DNA of 56,081 nucleotides. Origin: Pseudogymnoascus verrucosus. Its lineage: Eukaryota. A model generated the notes under the pieces. The model saw nothing but the letters and a program-made list of their open reading frames with translations. It was not told where the DNA came from and searched no databases. The stretch's first letter is position 1. Each line of letters starts with the position of its first letter. A program made the translations under genes and the position numbers. Below, piece after piece: positions 36,191 to 49,990 of this stretch. The stretch lies in NCBI GenBank assembly GCA_001662655.1, contig KV460244.1; one strand, 5' to 3'.

Positions 36191-37625
36191 ATCCTCCCCT
36201 TCGCGGTTGAGTACTCATCTTCGCCTTATCCTTCATCTTCTATATCACCCCCAATATTCTCATCTCCATCTCAGGATCCAGGCCATCTGCCCTAAGAAAG
36301 ATTAGCATCGCTCCATGCCCCATGCTCCCAGATAGCCCGCATCTGGCGTAGCTGCTCCTTTTTGAATCGGACGCCAGTTAGACGGTGGCGTACGTCGACG
36401 GACATTCGGGAAGCACGGAAGACAAAGGCAAGGAAGCGCTTTAATAGTTGGCGATACTTTTTTGCGCTCGACTGTAATGCAACCAAGGTGAACGGTTTTG
36501 GGTAGCACGTCTGCGGCTTAGTGCTCCTGAGCCAGCAGAGAATCGTACGGCCGGTATGTCGCATAGTGTCCTCCCAACGATCAACCATATGATCTATAGC
36601 TACCATCAAGAGAGCAATCCTGGCCTCGTAAATCTTGCGGACTCACGGGTTCTAGATCCGCAGGGTTTGACCTTTGCCCAAGAACGTGATCTGTTCGCGG
36701 AGAGCTGCAAGGCATCTCGGTCAAACTCCGTAAAATATCACGGCGGAAACCCTGATAAATGATTTCCCATCGCGTCCGCTCCATCCACGGACGTGTTCCG
36801 GCTAGCATTGGTGGGGTCATATTTGTACTATGCGTCGGCTCCTGTTCTTCTGTCCTTTGGATTTCTCGTTGCTGTAATTACTGCATATGTTCGCCTACGC
36901 TCCATCCAGCAACCGGCTGAGTTATGCTCCCATTCTTCTCAACGGTCTAGTATTTCCGAGAGGAACCATGAATCCAAGTTTGCAGGTAGACTTCATCATA
37001 GTAAGGGTCCACCCTCTTGCGTGAGGCATTCCGACCGTTGAGGTGTTCCTTTGACGCGTGCCGAGAGTATTCCGTGTAGTTTATGGTTCGGTAGGGGCAT
37101 GCGCGGCAAGCAAAGCCGTGTCATAATCCCGAAGCATACGGTGGACCTGCGAACCATCATCGCGCGGAGCAACATCAGCAGGATTGCGGAAGGGATATGG
37201 ATGTCCGTGCTTAAGATAGCGAGTAAGGCCGTCCCGGAGCTCTTTTGAGATGTTGTGTTTATCACGGAGGTGGGAAGGAGCCTGAGACCTAGAGACGGAG
37301 AGTGCAAATCCGCACTCACCATGGCAACAAATCAGAATGCGCTCTGTGTCGTCAGCAAATAGCTGAAGCGCAGACAAGTCAAAGGCGCCAATAGAAGCCA
37401 TTTCTGGTCCTATAGCAGGATTCTGGACCATGTTCTGCAATACTAATAGGAAAAAAAAATCTACGATACAACACTTGCCACAGTTCCAGCGCGTCCCTCG
37501 TGAGTGCACGTGCCATAAATAGGGGTTACGACGTAACACACATGGTTCTGGTGAAACCCTCATTAAAGCACAGACCAGTTTCGTCGGGTTATGTCGTAAC
37601 ACCTTCAACCCTTATGACCGTATAC
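36190..37625 (-). mobile_element. Family C copy C1: terminus plus 5' half of the DUF3505-type gene (pseudogene)
   Basis: ILICCHGECGFALSV...SHLRDKH (DUF3505-like), TRPWMERTRW and LCWLRST...KPF...KYRQLLKRFLAFVFR. Terminus has inverted GTTACGACGTAAC (~37525) and GTTATGTCGTAAC (~37588). Confidence 0.8.
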
Positions 37626-38258
37626 CCCTATTATATTTTCCTCTTCCATCGAAACTCTCCCATCGGAAAGAGCGCTAGACAGGGGTAGCTCTAGCCAATC
37701 AACATGTCGCAATTTTACTCTTCCTTCAAAAGAGGAGCCTCACATAAGTGGTAGGTGCCAGCAAACTCGACGATCTCCATCTCCTGATGAATTGCCAAAA
37801 ATTCAAGGCCCCGCTGAATCTCGAGAGCTCGCTCTAGCGACTCGGCCGTCAAGCGCTTTAGCATATCAATGGTCACACCATAACTTTCTGCTGTCTCGGC
37901 CTTTTTCACGCCCCTATCGCGGGCAAGCTTCTTGCTGATGGCAACCGGTATGTGCCGCCAATCTTGAAGCGTGTCCCCAGAATCCCTATCTACACAACCG
38001 AACTTTTTTTTTCATTGCCCATCCCATGTATGCCCCAGAATGCTCCTATATAATTTTTCGTATCATAAAAAACACATTTCGTCAAAAAACATTCCGTCAT
38101 ATAACAATCGTGGTTCCCTGCCCCCACACGAAACCGTATAAAGAAACCCCAATCGCACACTCCAACAACCCGTGTCGTAGTAAACAGGTTGCTGCAATTG
38201 CCTACCAGTGTCGCTTGTGGGTACTTTTATGAGGGAAATATTACCCAATGAGAAGAAC

Positions 38259-38334
38259 GTGTGCAATGTGTGCAATGTCTGCAATGAGTGCAATGAGTGC
38301 AATGAGTGTCTGCAATGAGTGCAATGAGTGCAAT
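38259..38334. repeat. 9-bp tandem repeat (TGCAATGAG-like) upstream of the F-box-like gene
   Basis: About eight TGCAAT-containing units, directly visible. Confidence 0.85.
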
Positions 38335-38422
38335 TTTATGAATATAAACTCGGGAAATTTGGCCAAAAGCTAAGCGTGTATCCATCAATATTATATTACT
38401 TTCTTGGTTGCAACAAGCCACT

Positions 38423-39664
38423 ATGGAACTTGGCAACAGCGACAAGCGCATTCACATACCAGCCGAAACACTGTCCTTGATATTCTCTTATCAAAGCCTA
38501 GAAGATGTCAGAATAGCGCGACTAGTATGTACGACATTCTATTCTCTCGCGAGTTCGTACTTCCTCGATACGGCTATTGCAGGATCCCAAACAGCAACGA
38601 TACAAAGAATTGAAGCTATTGCCAAACACGCTGTTTTGAGGACAACTGTCACAACTGTGGTATACTCGGTATGTTCACTAAGCGGTGAATATTCCACAGT
38701 CAGTGACTACTACAAAGATATGCGTATGCGTCATCGATACTCGGGGAAACAACTTCCTACGATTGAGCAGTGTGAGAGACATTGGATCGAATATCAAAGG
38801 ATATACAAAGACCAAGTAGAACTTCAGAAGGGTCAGGATAAATTTCGAATCCAGAATGCTTTGCGCCACATGCCGAATGTCAAACATTTAGTACTATCAG
38901 GTACTGCATGGAAACTGAGCTCTCATCCTTTAAATACGATGTGGTGTCAACCGGACTATACTATCATCGAACCTAATACCGACCCAGACAACGGGCCCCA
39001 GCAGTTCTCTCACGGATTCAACGTCATGTCTTCTGCATTGTTGTCCAGCAACATATGCCTATCATCACTTTCATGTACAAATCCGACATATACCAGCGAC
39101 AGCTTCCGTTCATCATACTTCACTGAAAACTCACAAGGGCTGTTTCGCTCGTTGCGGAGGATTGTCTTATACCTCTCTGCGGATTTCGACCAAACCCCTC
39201 TGTCTGACAATAAAGTAGGACAGTGCATCTCCGTTGCAAGCAAGCTGGAAGCCCTAGAACTTGTATTCGAACCAGAGGGGCAGCGGCAGATTATGTTTCC
39301 TCGGATATTACTCGCTACATGGCCCGAACTCTATCACCTCAAGTTGGAAATCGATATTGACTACGGCGTATTTACTGATTTCTGCCAAAGACATGGGAAT
39401 AGTTTACGCTCCTTGCACTTGGAGAATGTTCACTTGTTTGGAGGGACTTGGGAGATGCTATTGCAGGTAATGAAGGATTGTCTGCATCTCACCAAGGTCT
39501 GTCTTGGTACTCTTTCCGAAGATCCTCATCAAGATAGACTATGGGAACGACGAAATGGACTTGAAGAACAAGACTGGCAACGCCTTTCAGAAGCTGAAGA
39601 GTATCTGCTTTGTGGAGGCGAAAACCCTTTCAGAAATAACACGTTTCAACTGGTGTCCCTTTAA
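38423..39664 (+). CDS. F-box-like protein with degenerate LRR-like C-terminus
   Basis: IPAETLSLIFSYQSLEDVRIARLVCTTF is F-box-like; LRRIVL, LEALEL, LYHLKL and LRSLHLENV are LRR-like; intact intronless 413-aa ORF. Confidence 0.75.
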   Translation: MELGNSDKRIHIPAETLSLIFSYQSLEDVRIARLVCTTFYSLASSYFLDTAIAGSQTATIQRIEAIAKHAVLRTTVTTVVYSVCSLSGEYSTVSDYYKDMRMRHRYSGKQLPTIEQCERHWIEYQRIYKDQVELQKGQDKFRIQNALRHMPNVKHLVLSGTAWKLSSHPLNTMWCQPDYTIIEPNTDPDNGPQQFSHGFNVMSSALLSSNICLSSLSCTNPTYTSDSFRSSYFTENSQGLFRSLRRIVLYLSADFDQTPLSDNKVGQCISVASKLEALELVFEPEGQRQIMFPRILLATWPELYHLKLEIDIDYGVFTDFCQRHGNSLRSLHLENVHLFGGTWEMLLQVMKDCLHLTKVCLGTLSEDPHQDRLWERRNGLEEQDWQRLSEAEEYLLCGGENPFRNNTFQLVSL

Positions 39665-42339
39665 GTTGGGAGAAGAATTGGGAATGATTTCCGCGTATTC
39701 TGTTAGAATCCGGCCATTAGGATAGGGGCATTACACCTCTGGGATACATCGTCTTGCATATCATATCAATTTATTCTACTATTTATCCCAGCCGCGCTCT
39801 ACATAGTTTAATTATCTATAACCCAGTCTTCTAACTCCTGCCCTTTTCCAAACGCCTCGAGCCAATGATCAAGCTGGTTAAATACTTGAACCAAAATACT
39901 TGCCCTAAGATAGCGCCAGCTAGCTCTTCGAGAAAACCATTCTAGCATCATCGCAGTCACTTGCTCGACATCTTCCTCACCGAATGCTGCGTTTCTCACC
40001 CATATACCTTTACTCTGCATCCATTTATACATCTTCTCAACAACGACATCAGGGCCCACCACCATTATAGCCGCCACAGCCTCATTAACAACCCCTTTGT
40101 CAGCCTCAACCCAAGCACTCTTGTCAGCACTCCTGTCCAGGAACCTATGTACCCCCTCAGTAATACCCTATTCAACTATCACCCAGCCTTCATCTCTACC
40201 CTCCCCATCTAACTCACTCCTGTCCTCCAAATCGCTCCCCACCCAACACATCTCCTCATAATTCCCCCAACAACACTCTTTCCCATAACCCACATTATCT
40301 TCTGACTTGGCCTCCACCTCCTCCATCTTCTCCACTAATTTCTCTTCCGCCCGCCTCCCCTTCTCCTCACTATCCTCCACCTCCCAATACTCCTCTTCTT
40401 CCCCGTCTAACCTACCACCCCACGACTGCATCCTAACTCTCTTCCATAGCCTCCCCTCCAGCAGTGCCCGTACCGAGCGGTGGATGAGAAAGCATAGTGG
40501 AGATGAGCATCAATGGAAGAGCAAAGAGAAAGGAGGCTGAACCAGCCAAGAAGGCCCATGGCGGAGGGAGCCCATTGCCAACAATTTTTAAAGCAGGGGC
40601 TTAAAGTCACGGTATTTCGAGGTCCAACCCGTCGAGACAGGGCCATGTCCCTGTCTTCACGTCCCACCCACTCTTCGTATGATTTGAACAGGGAATCAGA
40701 AGGAGACAGGGCCAGTGTGAGCGCTGATGAAGAGATGTTAGACTTGAACGAAGAATCAGAAACAGACTGGGCCAATGCGAGCCGATGAAGAGTTATCACT
40801 AAGTGAGCCCGGGATTGACTTTGACCACTACGAGTCCGATTGGTTTATTTTACGGACGAAGCTGTGGAAGGTTCTTGGCTACGCGGTCATCGATGATAAG
40901 ATCGAAATATGTTGCACAAGAAGCTAGAAGTCGAGACAATTGGCTGGCCTGTAGTACCTTTAATGGTGTTTTCCGACCGAGACGCGCACTCCTCAACCGC
41001 TAAACGTCGCCAATAACTGGAGGCATAGTGGGGTTATAATGCTGGTAGAGACAGGAATCAGATTCACGAGCATTTATATATTATGCTATCTCCGTTGCTA
41101 CATTTAAGTCCCTTTGTGCTTCCTAGAGAACCCATTTCATCCGAGAGTAGGCCTCTGTTAACTGCCACCAAGCAGTAAATGTTCCTGAAACTTTGGTTAC
41201 AATCTGTTCCCAATCTGATCGTAATTATCTCACCTTCAATAGGCCCCAGCTCAGCAAACCCCAATGCCCCAAGTAGCCATATCATCAAAATAGCCAGAGA
41301 AGCCATGTGATTAAGTTTCAAGTAAGGACTTTGAAATGCTGCGGATAGTGCTTTCTCGGGTTTTGGGGGTCATATACCAAACGCCTGAATTGAACCGTAA
41401 GTTTGCGTGGTCTTATCATCACTAATCCAGCCCCTGACGTCATCTCTATCCTGATAACTCATGCCTTAAGACCAATTGTGCTTCAACCTTCAACACCCCC
41501 ACCGAAGTAGATACACACTCAATTTTAGATAAAACTACCGCTCCCAGCTTGTCCAGCTTGCATAACTTAACGTGAGAGTATGTCGCAGCCCGAGAAAGTG
41601 AGTTTCTATTTCGAACTTTGCAAACTTAAAAAGCAAGTCTACTATCTGACGAAGCACTCATATCACAGCTATACGTTTGTGAGCACCGGCTCTGCCAAGA
41701 TGATCAATATCTCCGCGGTCTCAATGAAGTAATTGAGCACCTCCGTAAGAAACATAAGCTATCATTTATAAGACGGCCACATAGGCCGGGGGATCCAGAC
41801 AGTCACAGGCATGTTTGGTATTGCTTCGATTGCGGGACTAAGACGGGCAAAGACCACAAAAGTTTTCGATCTGGTGGAGATATGTGGAAACATCTCAATC
41901 GCTGTCACAACTACGATTATGAGCTCGATAAAATCAAACTTGAGCTATGAGAATGGTAGGGTAGATTTGATATCGGAGGTGTCATTCGACTCCCTGTGCA
42001 AGGGCCTTGGGATATCTTCTTCGGTGGACAGGTTGCAGGAAATTGGTGGTGAAGGTATGCATAGGGCTTCGGAACCCGACTTGCAAATTCTATCAACTTC
42101 TCGAATACTATACTTCGCGGTCTTCTGCTACTGAGTGTCTTCTCGCGCTGTTGGACATCACGTGGAGCGAGGCAATTGAATCTGCGACTGGGACACGACG
42201 ACAATTATGGATAGGATAGGATAGGATTCTTTGCTATTTCAAACTATATTATGGAAATTTTGAATTTAATCGATATATTTGGGGCTAAAGTACATTAGAT
42301 GAGTATTTCTTATTTTATTTGCAACTTCTGTTAGTTATA

Positions 42340-44179
42340 ACGTATTTCACATGCGAGTGGCCACCCCAAGCGAGTGGCCACAGAAAACGCGAAAACGCGT
42401 AGACTAAGAATAAACATATTGTATTGCAACAATGCAAGCTCAAAGCGCTTCAAAAGAAGATAGAACACTTTCAGCTATCGAGGCTATTAAACAAGGCTAC
42501 ATTCAGAATGTTAAGAGTGCTGCAGAAACGTACGATATCCCTCGAACAACACTACGGCGACGAATTCAAGGAACGACTTCTCGACGCGACTGTACCCCTA
42601 ACTCACGTAAGTTGACTCCGTACGAAGAGTCAGCTCTCGTTCGGTATATCCTAGACCTAGATTCGCGTGGATTCCCACCCCGGCCACAAGCTGTGCAAGA
42701 AATGGCAGACCTTCTACTCTCTGAACGAGGCAAGAGCTCTGTTGGGAAGAACTGGACTACCAACTTCATAAAGCGTCGTACGGAAATTAAAGCAAAGTTT
42801 AGTCGGAAATATAATTATAAACGAGCAAAATGTGAAGATCCTAAGATAATTCAAGAGTGGTTTTCTCTCGTACGAAACATAGTTGCGAAATATGGTATCT
42901 TAGAGCAGGACATCTACAACTTTGATGAAGCAGGCTTTACAATGGGAGTTATTGCTACTACGAAGGTAGTCACAAGCTCAGAAGTAAAGAGTCGTCCAAA
43001 GACTATACAGCCAGGAAATAGGGAATGGGTGTCAATTATCCAAGGTGTTAATTCGTACGGATGGGCGCTCCCACCGTTCATTATTTTCAAGGCGAAGAAT
43101 CACCTCTCTGCTTGGTATAAGGACTCAGGATTACCAGACGATTGGGTGATTACACTAAGTGAGAATGGGTGGACTTCAAATTCAATTAGGTACGAGTGGA
43201 TTCAACACTTCGATTAGCATACAAGCACTCGTATGATCGGAACCTATCGCCTTCTTATTCTTGACGGGCATAAGAGCCACCTCTCTGCTCAATTTCAACA
43301 CTACTGTACAGAACGGAAGATAATCACCCTCTGCATGCCACCACACTCCTCGCATATTCTTCAGCCACTTGACGTTAGCTGCTTTGCTCTACTAAAGCTT
43401 TCGTACGGACGTTAGATTGAAACCTTCGTACGGAACCGACTAAATCATATTACAAAGCTTGAGTTTCTCTCTGCATTTAAAGAAGCATTCAAAGCTGCAT
43501 TTACAGAGCAGAACATTAAGAGTGGGTTCCAAGCTACAGGACTAGTTCCGTACGAGCCGCAGAATGTTCTCTCTCACTTGAATCTACACTTGAGAACTCC
43601 GACTCCTCCTATAGTTGAGAGTAGCAATTGGACTTCAAAGACTCCCCAAACCATAAGGGAGCTTGATTTTCAAACAGAGCATATTAAGAACCGTGTCGTA
43701 CGACATCAGAATAGCTCTCCTACCTCAATTAATGATGCTATTAGCTGCCTTGTTAAGGGGGCTCAAGTTATGATGCATTCTGCTATTCTACTTAAGGCAG
43801 AAGTTAAGGCTCTACAAGCAGCAAATGAACAGAAAAAGAGGAGGGAAAGGAAGCAGAAGAGGCGTATAATACAAGGGGGTAGTCTCTCTGTACGAGAGGG
43901 AGAGGATATCCTTCAGAGTGCTGAGGTTGAAGCTCAAGTCCGTACGGAGGTGGCAAGTGAGAGTAGTCGGCGGGTGGGTTCTACAGGCCGACAGAAGCGC
44001 TGTGGCCGATGTGAGAAAATAGGTCATAATACCCGTACGTGCGAGAGGCGCCAGGAATCAATTACGATCGAATAAGGGTCGTTATGTAGTGTGGTGGTGT
44101 AGTAGTAGGTGGTAATAGTCAATTTTAGTGTTTCTGTGTGGCCACTCGCTTGGGGTGGCCACTCGCATGTGAAATACGT
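42340..44179 (+). mobile_element. Tc1/mariner-superfamily Fot1/pogo transposon, 1840 bp
   Basis: Perfect 43-bp TIRs ACGTATTTCACATGCGAGTGGCCACCCCAAGCGAGTGGCCACA flanked by TA TSDs (42338-42339 and 44180-44181). Confidence 0.95.
42432..44075 (+). pseudogene. Fot1/pogo DDD transposase, inactivated by RIP
   Basis: HTH (IPRTTLRRR), CENP-B-type HTH, NFDEAG, LILDGH, LQPLDV and C-terminal CGRC..GHNTRTC. In-frame TAG stops at 43215-43217 and 43413-43415, consistent with CAG>TAG. Confidence 0.92.
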
Positions 44180-46238
44180 TATTTATTTTAATCTTCAGAG
44201 ATATGAATAATATTTGCAACTCTTAAGAGAAATCCTAGGAGTTTTATTAGAAACCTTCTGATTTGTAGTTGACCTTCAAATCATCTATGTTCTCTAGCCA
44301 ATCCCAGGCAAAAATCTGACATTATCCATAATAATCAATACCAGAGCATTTCTTCGGTAATTTTGCAACACGGAGAATTGTGCCACGTGTATGTACACGT
44401 GACGGTGATCGGTGATCGGTGATCGGCTTTTAAATCAGTCTTCAACCTGCGTTGTTTGAACACAGAATAACCCGCCTGAGTCGCGCCCCGGCAACGTCTA
44501 TCATTATTATTCTATATATAAATTTTGGATGAAACTGGAAATTGTGTGCTCCATCCGTTTCATTCCGCGTTTGCAAAGGCACTGTCGCTCCTCGTCGTGC
44601 GAGGCTGGGCCTCTCTGGATCCTTCCCAGTGCATGGCCCCTCTTGATGCTCCAGATCGTGTTTGCAGAACCGACCTCGACCTGTACTTGGAGAGGCCACT
44701 CGCCAATAGGTGGAGTGGCCTTGCTATAGGGCTGCGAGGGTGTAATAAATGCCTAGAATACAGCAGTGCGCTGGCAAGAGCTGCCGCATCTTAGTACATT
44801 GGAACGCATTGGTGGTGTGCGTATGCGTCGTACTTCAACTCGTCCCCCATTTGAGCAGGAGAGCTGCGACGTTTCCTCTCGCATTCCTGTATTAGGAAAC
44901 ATGCAGATGCAAACACAAGCACATCAAGACAGTTTGGCCGATCCCTTATAACTATTTGTATACATTGATAACAGCACGGACCATCTAATCCAAGAAAAAA
45001 AAATCACGAGGCAGGCAAGCGGTAGATCTACACCTAGGCTTCCGTACGATTTCTTACTCGGTAAAGATCTCTGCCAAGTTGCTTATAGGCATAGTTGGTA
45101 TACTTGTATGCAGAGAGAAGTAACATCAATGTCGTATATAGAGCGGAGAACCCGCTACCTCGCAAGGTTACCCCGGTGAGACTAAACTATGCCCGGCCAT
45201 CAAACGGAATGGGCCGTGAGCCACGCTCAGGACATGGATTAACGTCATTGATGTTTCTTATTGCCGTGTCCACGTATAGCCTTAAGCTAATTAAAGTATG
45301 ACTGGAGTCGTCGCATTCATGTGCACGCTCGGTTCCTCCACGTGCCTCGAAGGGTGGACCTTTTGTCGGTGGAATTGCAACATCGCTGGGTTTTGCCAAC
45401 ACACATCCGGCAAATTGATCGACGAACGGTCGCCTCTCTTTTTGTGTCCTAACTCAAGCGCATCATTTAATTGTCTATCCAGCCTTTGACAGAGTCCTTG
45501 TCCCACGGAACGCATTCGGCCGCAGCAGCCACAGAGACATCTTGTGAAGGGGTGGTATACTTCTAGGTCAGCACACAACGCTGGTCAAGGCTCCCAATCG
45601 CTGCTAATGTTCGCGTCCGGTGGGTCTCTGGCGGCCTCTACATTTTTGTGTTCTTGGGTATGGTTTGAGTCGGGACAGCAGCATGAGCTCGTCGAGTTCG
45701 TCTAAGCATGCCAGCCTGGCCATTATTAATTGCCCGGGTCAATTCCTATCCCGATCCTGGGCTTGTCGGCTCAACCCCAATACACTGCGCGTTCTATCGA
45801 ACGATGTGTTGGTGCAGGGATTGCGGAAACCAGCCTTACAACGATACGCAGGGCGTATGATAATAAGGGTAGTTGAATGGTAGTTGGCGGTAGATGACGT
45901 GATGCGGCCCATCAATGAAGCAAAGGGCGCTAAGGGGGGAGCTTATTGCAACGTCAAGGGCATGCATTGCAAGGCCAAGCCACGTAAACCTATCTAAATG
46001 CGCACAAAATGAGTGGCGAAAGTACACATTACTAGATCCAATTAATTGGGAACTTATTGGCGATGCTTAAACTCACTCGAGGGTGGCAAAGATGGGAAGA
46101 AACGTTTGTTGGGTTGGTAAGATTGTTTGAGCTTACTCGAAAGTGAACAAAAGTTAAATGAGGATCTATGAGGAGGTTGCTAGAGGGAAAGTACTGATCG
46201 TGCTACCCGATATATATATACCCTGACCCCTTACCAAC

Positions 46239-46580
46239 ATGAGCAAGGCTCTGGTGTTACGATATATTGAATTTCAAACGAGTTGGTCATATGATCTTGA
46301 AGGGTTGCTCTCCTTATTTGCTTCCTTGGCCGCATCAACGGCAACGCTAGGAAGGTTGGACAACGCTAATATAATACTGACCGGGCAACGCCCCCAAAGT
46401 AACTGCCAGCCTATCAACGGGACGCTACCGACTATCGCGGATGTTGATTGCATCATGACCATGGAAGTTTATCCTAATAAGGTGGAACGCCTTGCTTTGC
46501 TCCTATTTGATGCACACTTGGAGACGCACGGTGAGGTGCGTCTCCAAGCACCCGATGGATCCCCATCAAATGGTACGTAG
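46239..46580 (+). pseudogene. Fragment of a conserved fungal hypothetical protein
   Basis: VDCIMTMEVYPNKVERLALLLFDAHLE looks like genuine coding sequence; context truncated. Confidence 0.35.
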
Positions 46581-46799
46581 TTCTAATAATAAATTACAAG
46601 ATCCGGCTTACTGGAGTCGCTTCCGCACAGCTGGCCACGGGGCTCGACCATAAGTAAGAACCCGATCACATTAGCAGTATCTCGTACGCCGTGGCGGTCA
46701 ACCTGAACTGCCTCGATGCTGACGGCCACAGAAGTCAGCGGTTTGCCAGGTTGCTGACCGCAATATAGTGTAGGGGGAGTGTGTGTCATCACGATCAAC

Positions 46800-48250
46800 G
46801 TCGGGGATGACATCTTACCCGTTGGCCTCCAACTTGCGTATGGGAACCTGACGTCGCCAGGGCCACCCGGTTCTTCCAGGATCATGTCTTCGCGGTGATG
46901 AAGGACAACATGAGCTTCCAGAACGACGGGGCGGAGGTTCTGTCGTAAGACTACGCGTATAGCATTATTAAGCGGTCGATACGGTATCATCCCGTGGATC
47001 ACCTGGTGACGCAGGGGATTGCCACGGCGGCGCTGACGCTGCCCGAGTCGGCAGCTAAGGGGTCCGCGCGCGTACGGGCAATACATCAACGTCTCCTCCG
47101 GCGAATGCAGGGCTCCGCCACGCCGGATGACCGGGACGTCAGCGCATCCACCACGTGGTGGAGGGGAGCGAGTTTGCCTTCCGCATGGAGCAGGTCATTA
47201 GCCTTGACGTGACGCGGCTGACAGCGTCTCGGCGCAACCTGCGAACAATCCTGCGACCAATCTTCCAACTGGTGCGGTGTTATCTGCAAGAAACATCACA
47301 CTACTCGCATCTGCTGCGGTGGTTCCGGCCGACGGTGTTTCCGCAGATCTTGGGGTCGTTCGCGCGGGTATTCGAGCTGGGTCTGGACGAGATGCTCCGT
47401 CGATTCCAGACGCAGAGGTCCTAGGGGCTAGGCGTGGCACTGTTAGAGGGCGTTGCGGCTCTCGATCGGTTAGGTCACTATTGTTTCACGGGATCGTCGA
47501 AGGCGCTCGCGAGCTCGGTGCTGGGGCCTCTGAAGACGATGGAGAGCCTGATGAAGGGAGGGTGGCCTTACCTTGATCCGCAGCTGCTTGACCTCCGTTA
47601 GGGCGAGGGTCGTTTCGACAGCATACGATGGCCTCGGACGAAAAAAGGGCGACCTATCTTCCTGCGCGTGGCATCTCTCAGCTTCCACTACAGACCGGAG
47701 GTGGGGGCGAGCCGGCACAGCCTTATCTGGTTCCGAGACCTAGGGGCCAAATCAATCGGCGGCCCGGATGGGGCGGGAAAATTCCTGGAGGAGGTGTTCT
47801 GCGACCTGTGGCAGGCAGAGATGGTAGCGTTTGTCAGTCATCAGGTTCGACGGCAGTGGTCTGGAGCGACGGCAACGACAACAGACTCTGGTGGAGACGT
47901 GGAAGGAGTCGGAGCATCCGTTCTCGTGGAGCACCTTCGAGCTATCTGGCGACTGACGGCCCGTGACGCTATGACAACAGGGGCGTCGACGGTTATCCCT
48001 AAGTCGCGGCAAGACTTTGCGCGGGAGATGTACCAGGGGTGCGTGGGCAAGCACGGGCCGACTCGACAGGGGCTCTCATCGCTGCACTCGACGTGGTTCG
48101 CGGTTCTTCAAGCGGCGCTCACGTTCACACCAGTGGACAGGGTGTCTGAGGAGCAGTGGCGCAGCGAGATCGGGGCGGCGATGCTGTCGCAGCAGGTCGA
48201 ATGCATGCCTGGGTCACATCGTGCGCGGATCACGCAACGCCCTGCCTGAT
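46800..48250 (+). pseudogene. GC-rich degenerate gene of an uncharacterised fungal family
   Basis: Successive + strand blocks across stops and frameshifts: FAFRMEQVISLD, ALDRLGHYCFTG, GGWPYLDP, SLSFHYRPEV. Confidence 0.5.
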
Positions 48251-49030
48251 AATTGACACTATGCGGAGCCAGATTTGGAGTCTCGAGCATTTTCACGTGA
48301 TCCGGTCTCGTCTGAGACCTCCCTCTTAGTGATGTACACGACTGCGGCTCCATCTACTATCTGCAGAGCAGCAGCAAATATGTCCTTTGCCTTCGCCATC
48401 TTGTCGTCTCCAGTCCTGGGGGTAGAGAGTTACTGCACTGTTCTGCAATTTTAGAAGGGAAGCATATTTAGAAGTTATGAATCAATATATTCTTTAGCAC
48501 ATAATTGTAACTCTCCGTGATTGATCGGCATTTTATATATCATGTGATACCTTGAGGCTGCCTACGTGCTCGATATAACAGGATTTTCCTTTACTTTGGC
48601 TGAGCGAGATCCTAGCTTTACCTAACTGGTGCAGTCTCTCAAAACTCAGGCACTAGTCGATTTAGGTGGTGTTTAGGCCATGTATATGCCATGGGGTAAG
48701 GCGACGCGACTTTACGCGTCAAAATGCAATCTGAAGTATGATGTCTCAGGCACTCGCAGCCATATAGAATTTGAATCGGCGATGGCATAACTCAAATACC
48801 GCTCCTGTCTTAGATGTAAGAGTCAGTGTGGTGCCACGACTCTCAACTGAGTCTGTAGAGCGGCCTACTTATATACGCAGGCTCATTAGCGGGTTTACTC
48901 TATCAAGATAAATAGCGGTGTGCCTACTGAAGTTTGCGCTACACATATCACGCAACCTCCAATAACCTCAGAGCAAAGCCTTACAGAGTTACTCTACGAA
49001 TCCCATAAACGACGCTAAAATCTATCAAAT

Positions 49031-49381
49031 ATGTCCGCCCAAAACGAAAGAGTCCAAGCCAGCTGCAAAATCATTTGGGGCGAGGCAGACTACGACTTCG
49101 ATCTTGAGACAGACGATTGGGTGACATATGCTTATGTCGTCAGGAAGGACTTTGGATCACGCTTTGGACCACCATTGACAATGACTGGAATTTGCAACTC
49201 AGAGACGCATGCTTGGGAAGAGCTAGAAAGGATGCTAAGTGTATGGGCTAAGCAGGTGCAAAGTGGAAAGCCGATGACAAAGTCTCAGTCGATAGAGATA
49301 TTCGGGGGACCAAATGGGCGGAACAGTTACATTTTGGGCAAGTTTATTGATGAGGCAGAGAGAAGAGGAATCAATCATTAA
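49031..49381 (+). CDS. Small hypothetical protein (116 aa)
   Basis: Clean ATG-TAA ORF with globular, Trp-rich composition (CKIIWG..DDW..FGPPLTMTG..AWEELERML). Confidence 0.65.
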   Translation: MSAQNERVQASCKIIWGEADYDFDLETDDWVTYAYVVRKDFGSRFGPPLTMTGICNSETHAWEELERMLSVWAKQVQSGKPMTKSQSIEIFGGPNGRNSYILGKFIDEAERRGINH

Positions 49382-49789
49382 AACGGCATAAACATTGGTT
49401 TTTAATAGCACATGCCGCATTATCAATAGAATATTCTGTCACTAGGGCTTTTGTTGGTACAGTACTATGTGATCAATGGTATATATTATTTCAGCTTATA
49501 ACTCGAAATGTGGGATGAGAGTTGTATTTATGAGAATCCCCATTGTATACTGAGAGTCAGTGCACCTGTAACAAGCACGACATATTTATAACCATCATAG
49601 CTGCCGGCGATACGATATCCTCTATCCCATTTACACACCCATACATTTACACATCCATATGCCGTTGGTGGCGAGCTGAACTGCTGTTGCATTCTATCAC
49701 AAAGGATCTACCCAATATCGCCTACTTGATAATCGAGATACGAACGGCCCCGGGGGTAGCATAAAATTCACCAGGCTCCACGCCAGTGG

Positions 49790-49990
49790 CCCAAAATATT
49801 CTGATGAGAGGGTTGAAAGAGCCTCTGGCTGTAACGATGGCATGTTGTATGCCCCGAAATCCATCCCAATTAAAGAGTGGGACGACGCAGGTATAGAGGC
49901 GGCTAAACGCACCATTTTACAAGAAGCACAAGTTCTCGTCGCCGCTCGCCATGGCCACGTTGTGAAAGTTATCGAGAAATATTTCCCTAA
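49790..49990 (+). pseudogene. Protein kinase N-lobe fragment
   Basis: LYAPKSI (VAxK-like), ILQEAQVL (alphaC Glu) and ARHGHVVKVIE (HxNIV-like); no catalytic loop follows. Confidence 0.55.

Noticed and set aside
39808..40800. Acidic ORF fragments
   Set aside because: Possibly a decayed gene, but no motif I can assign.
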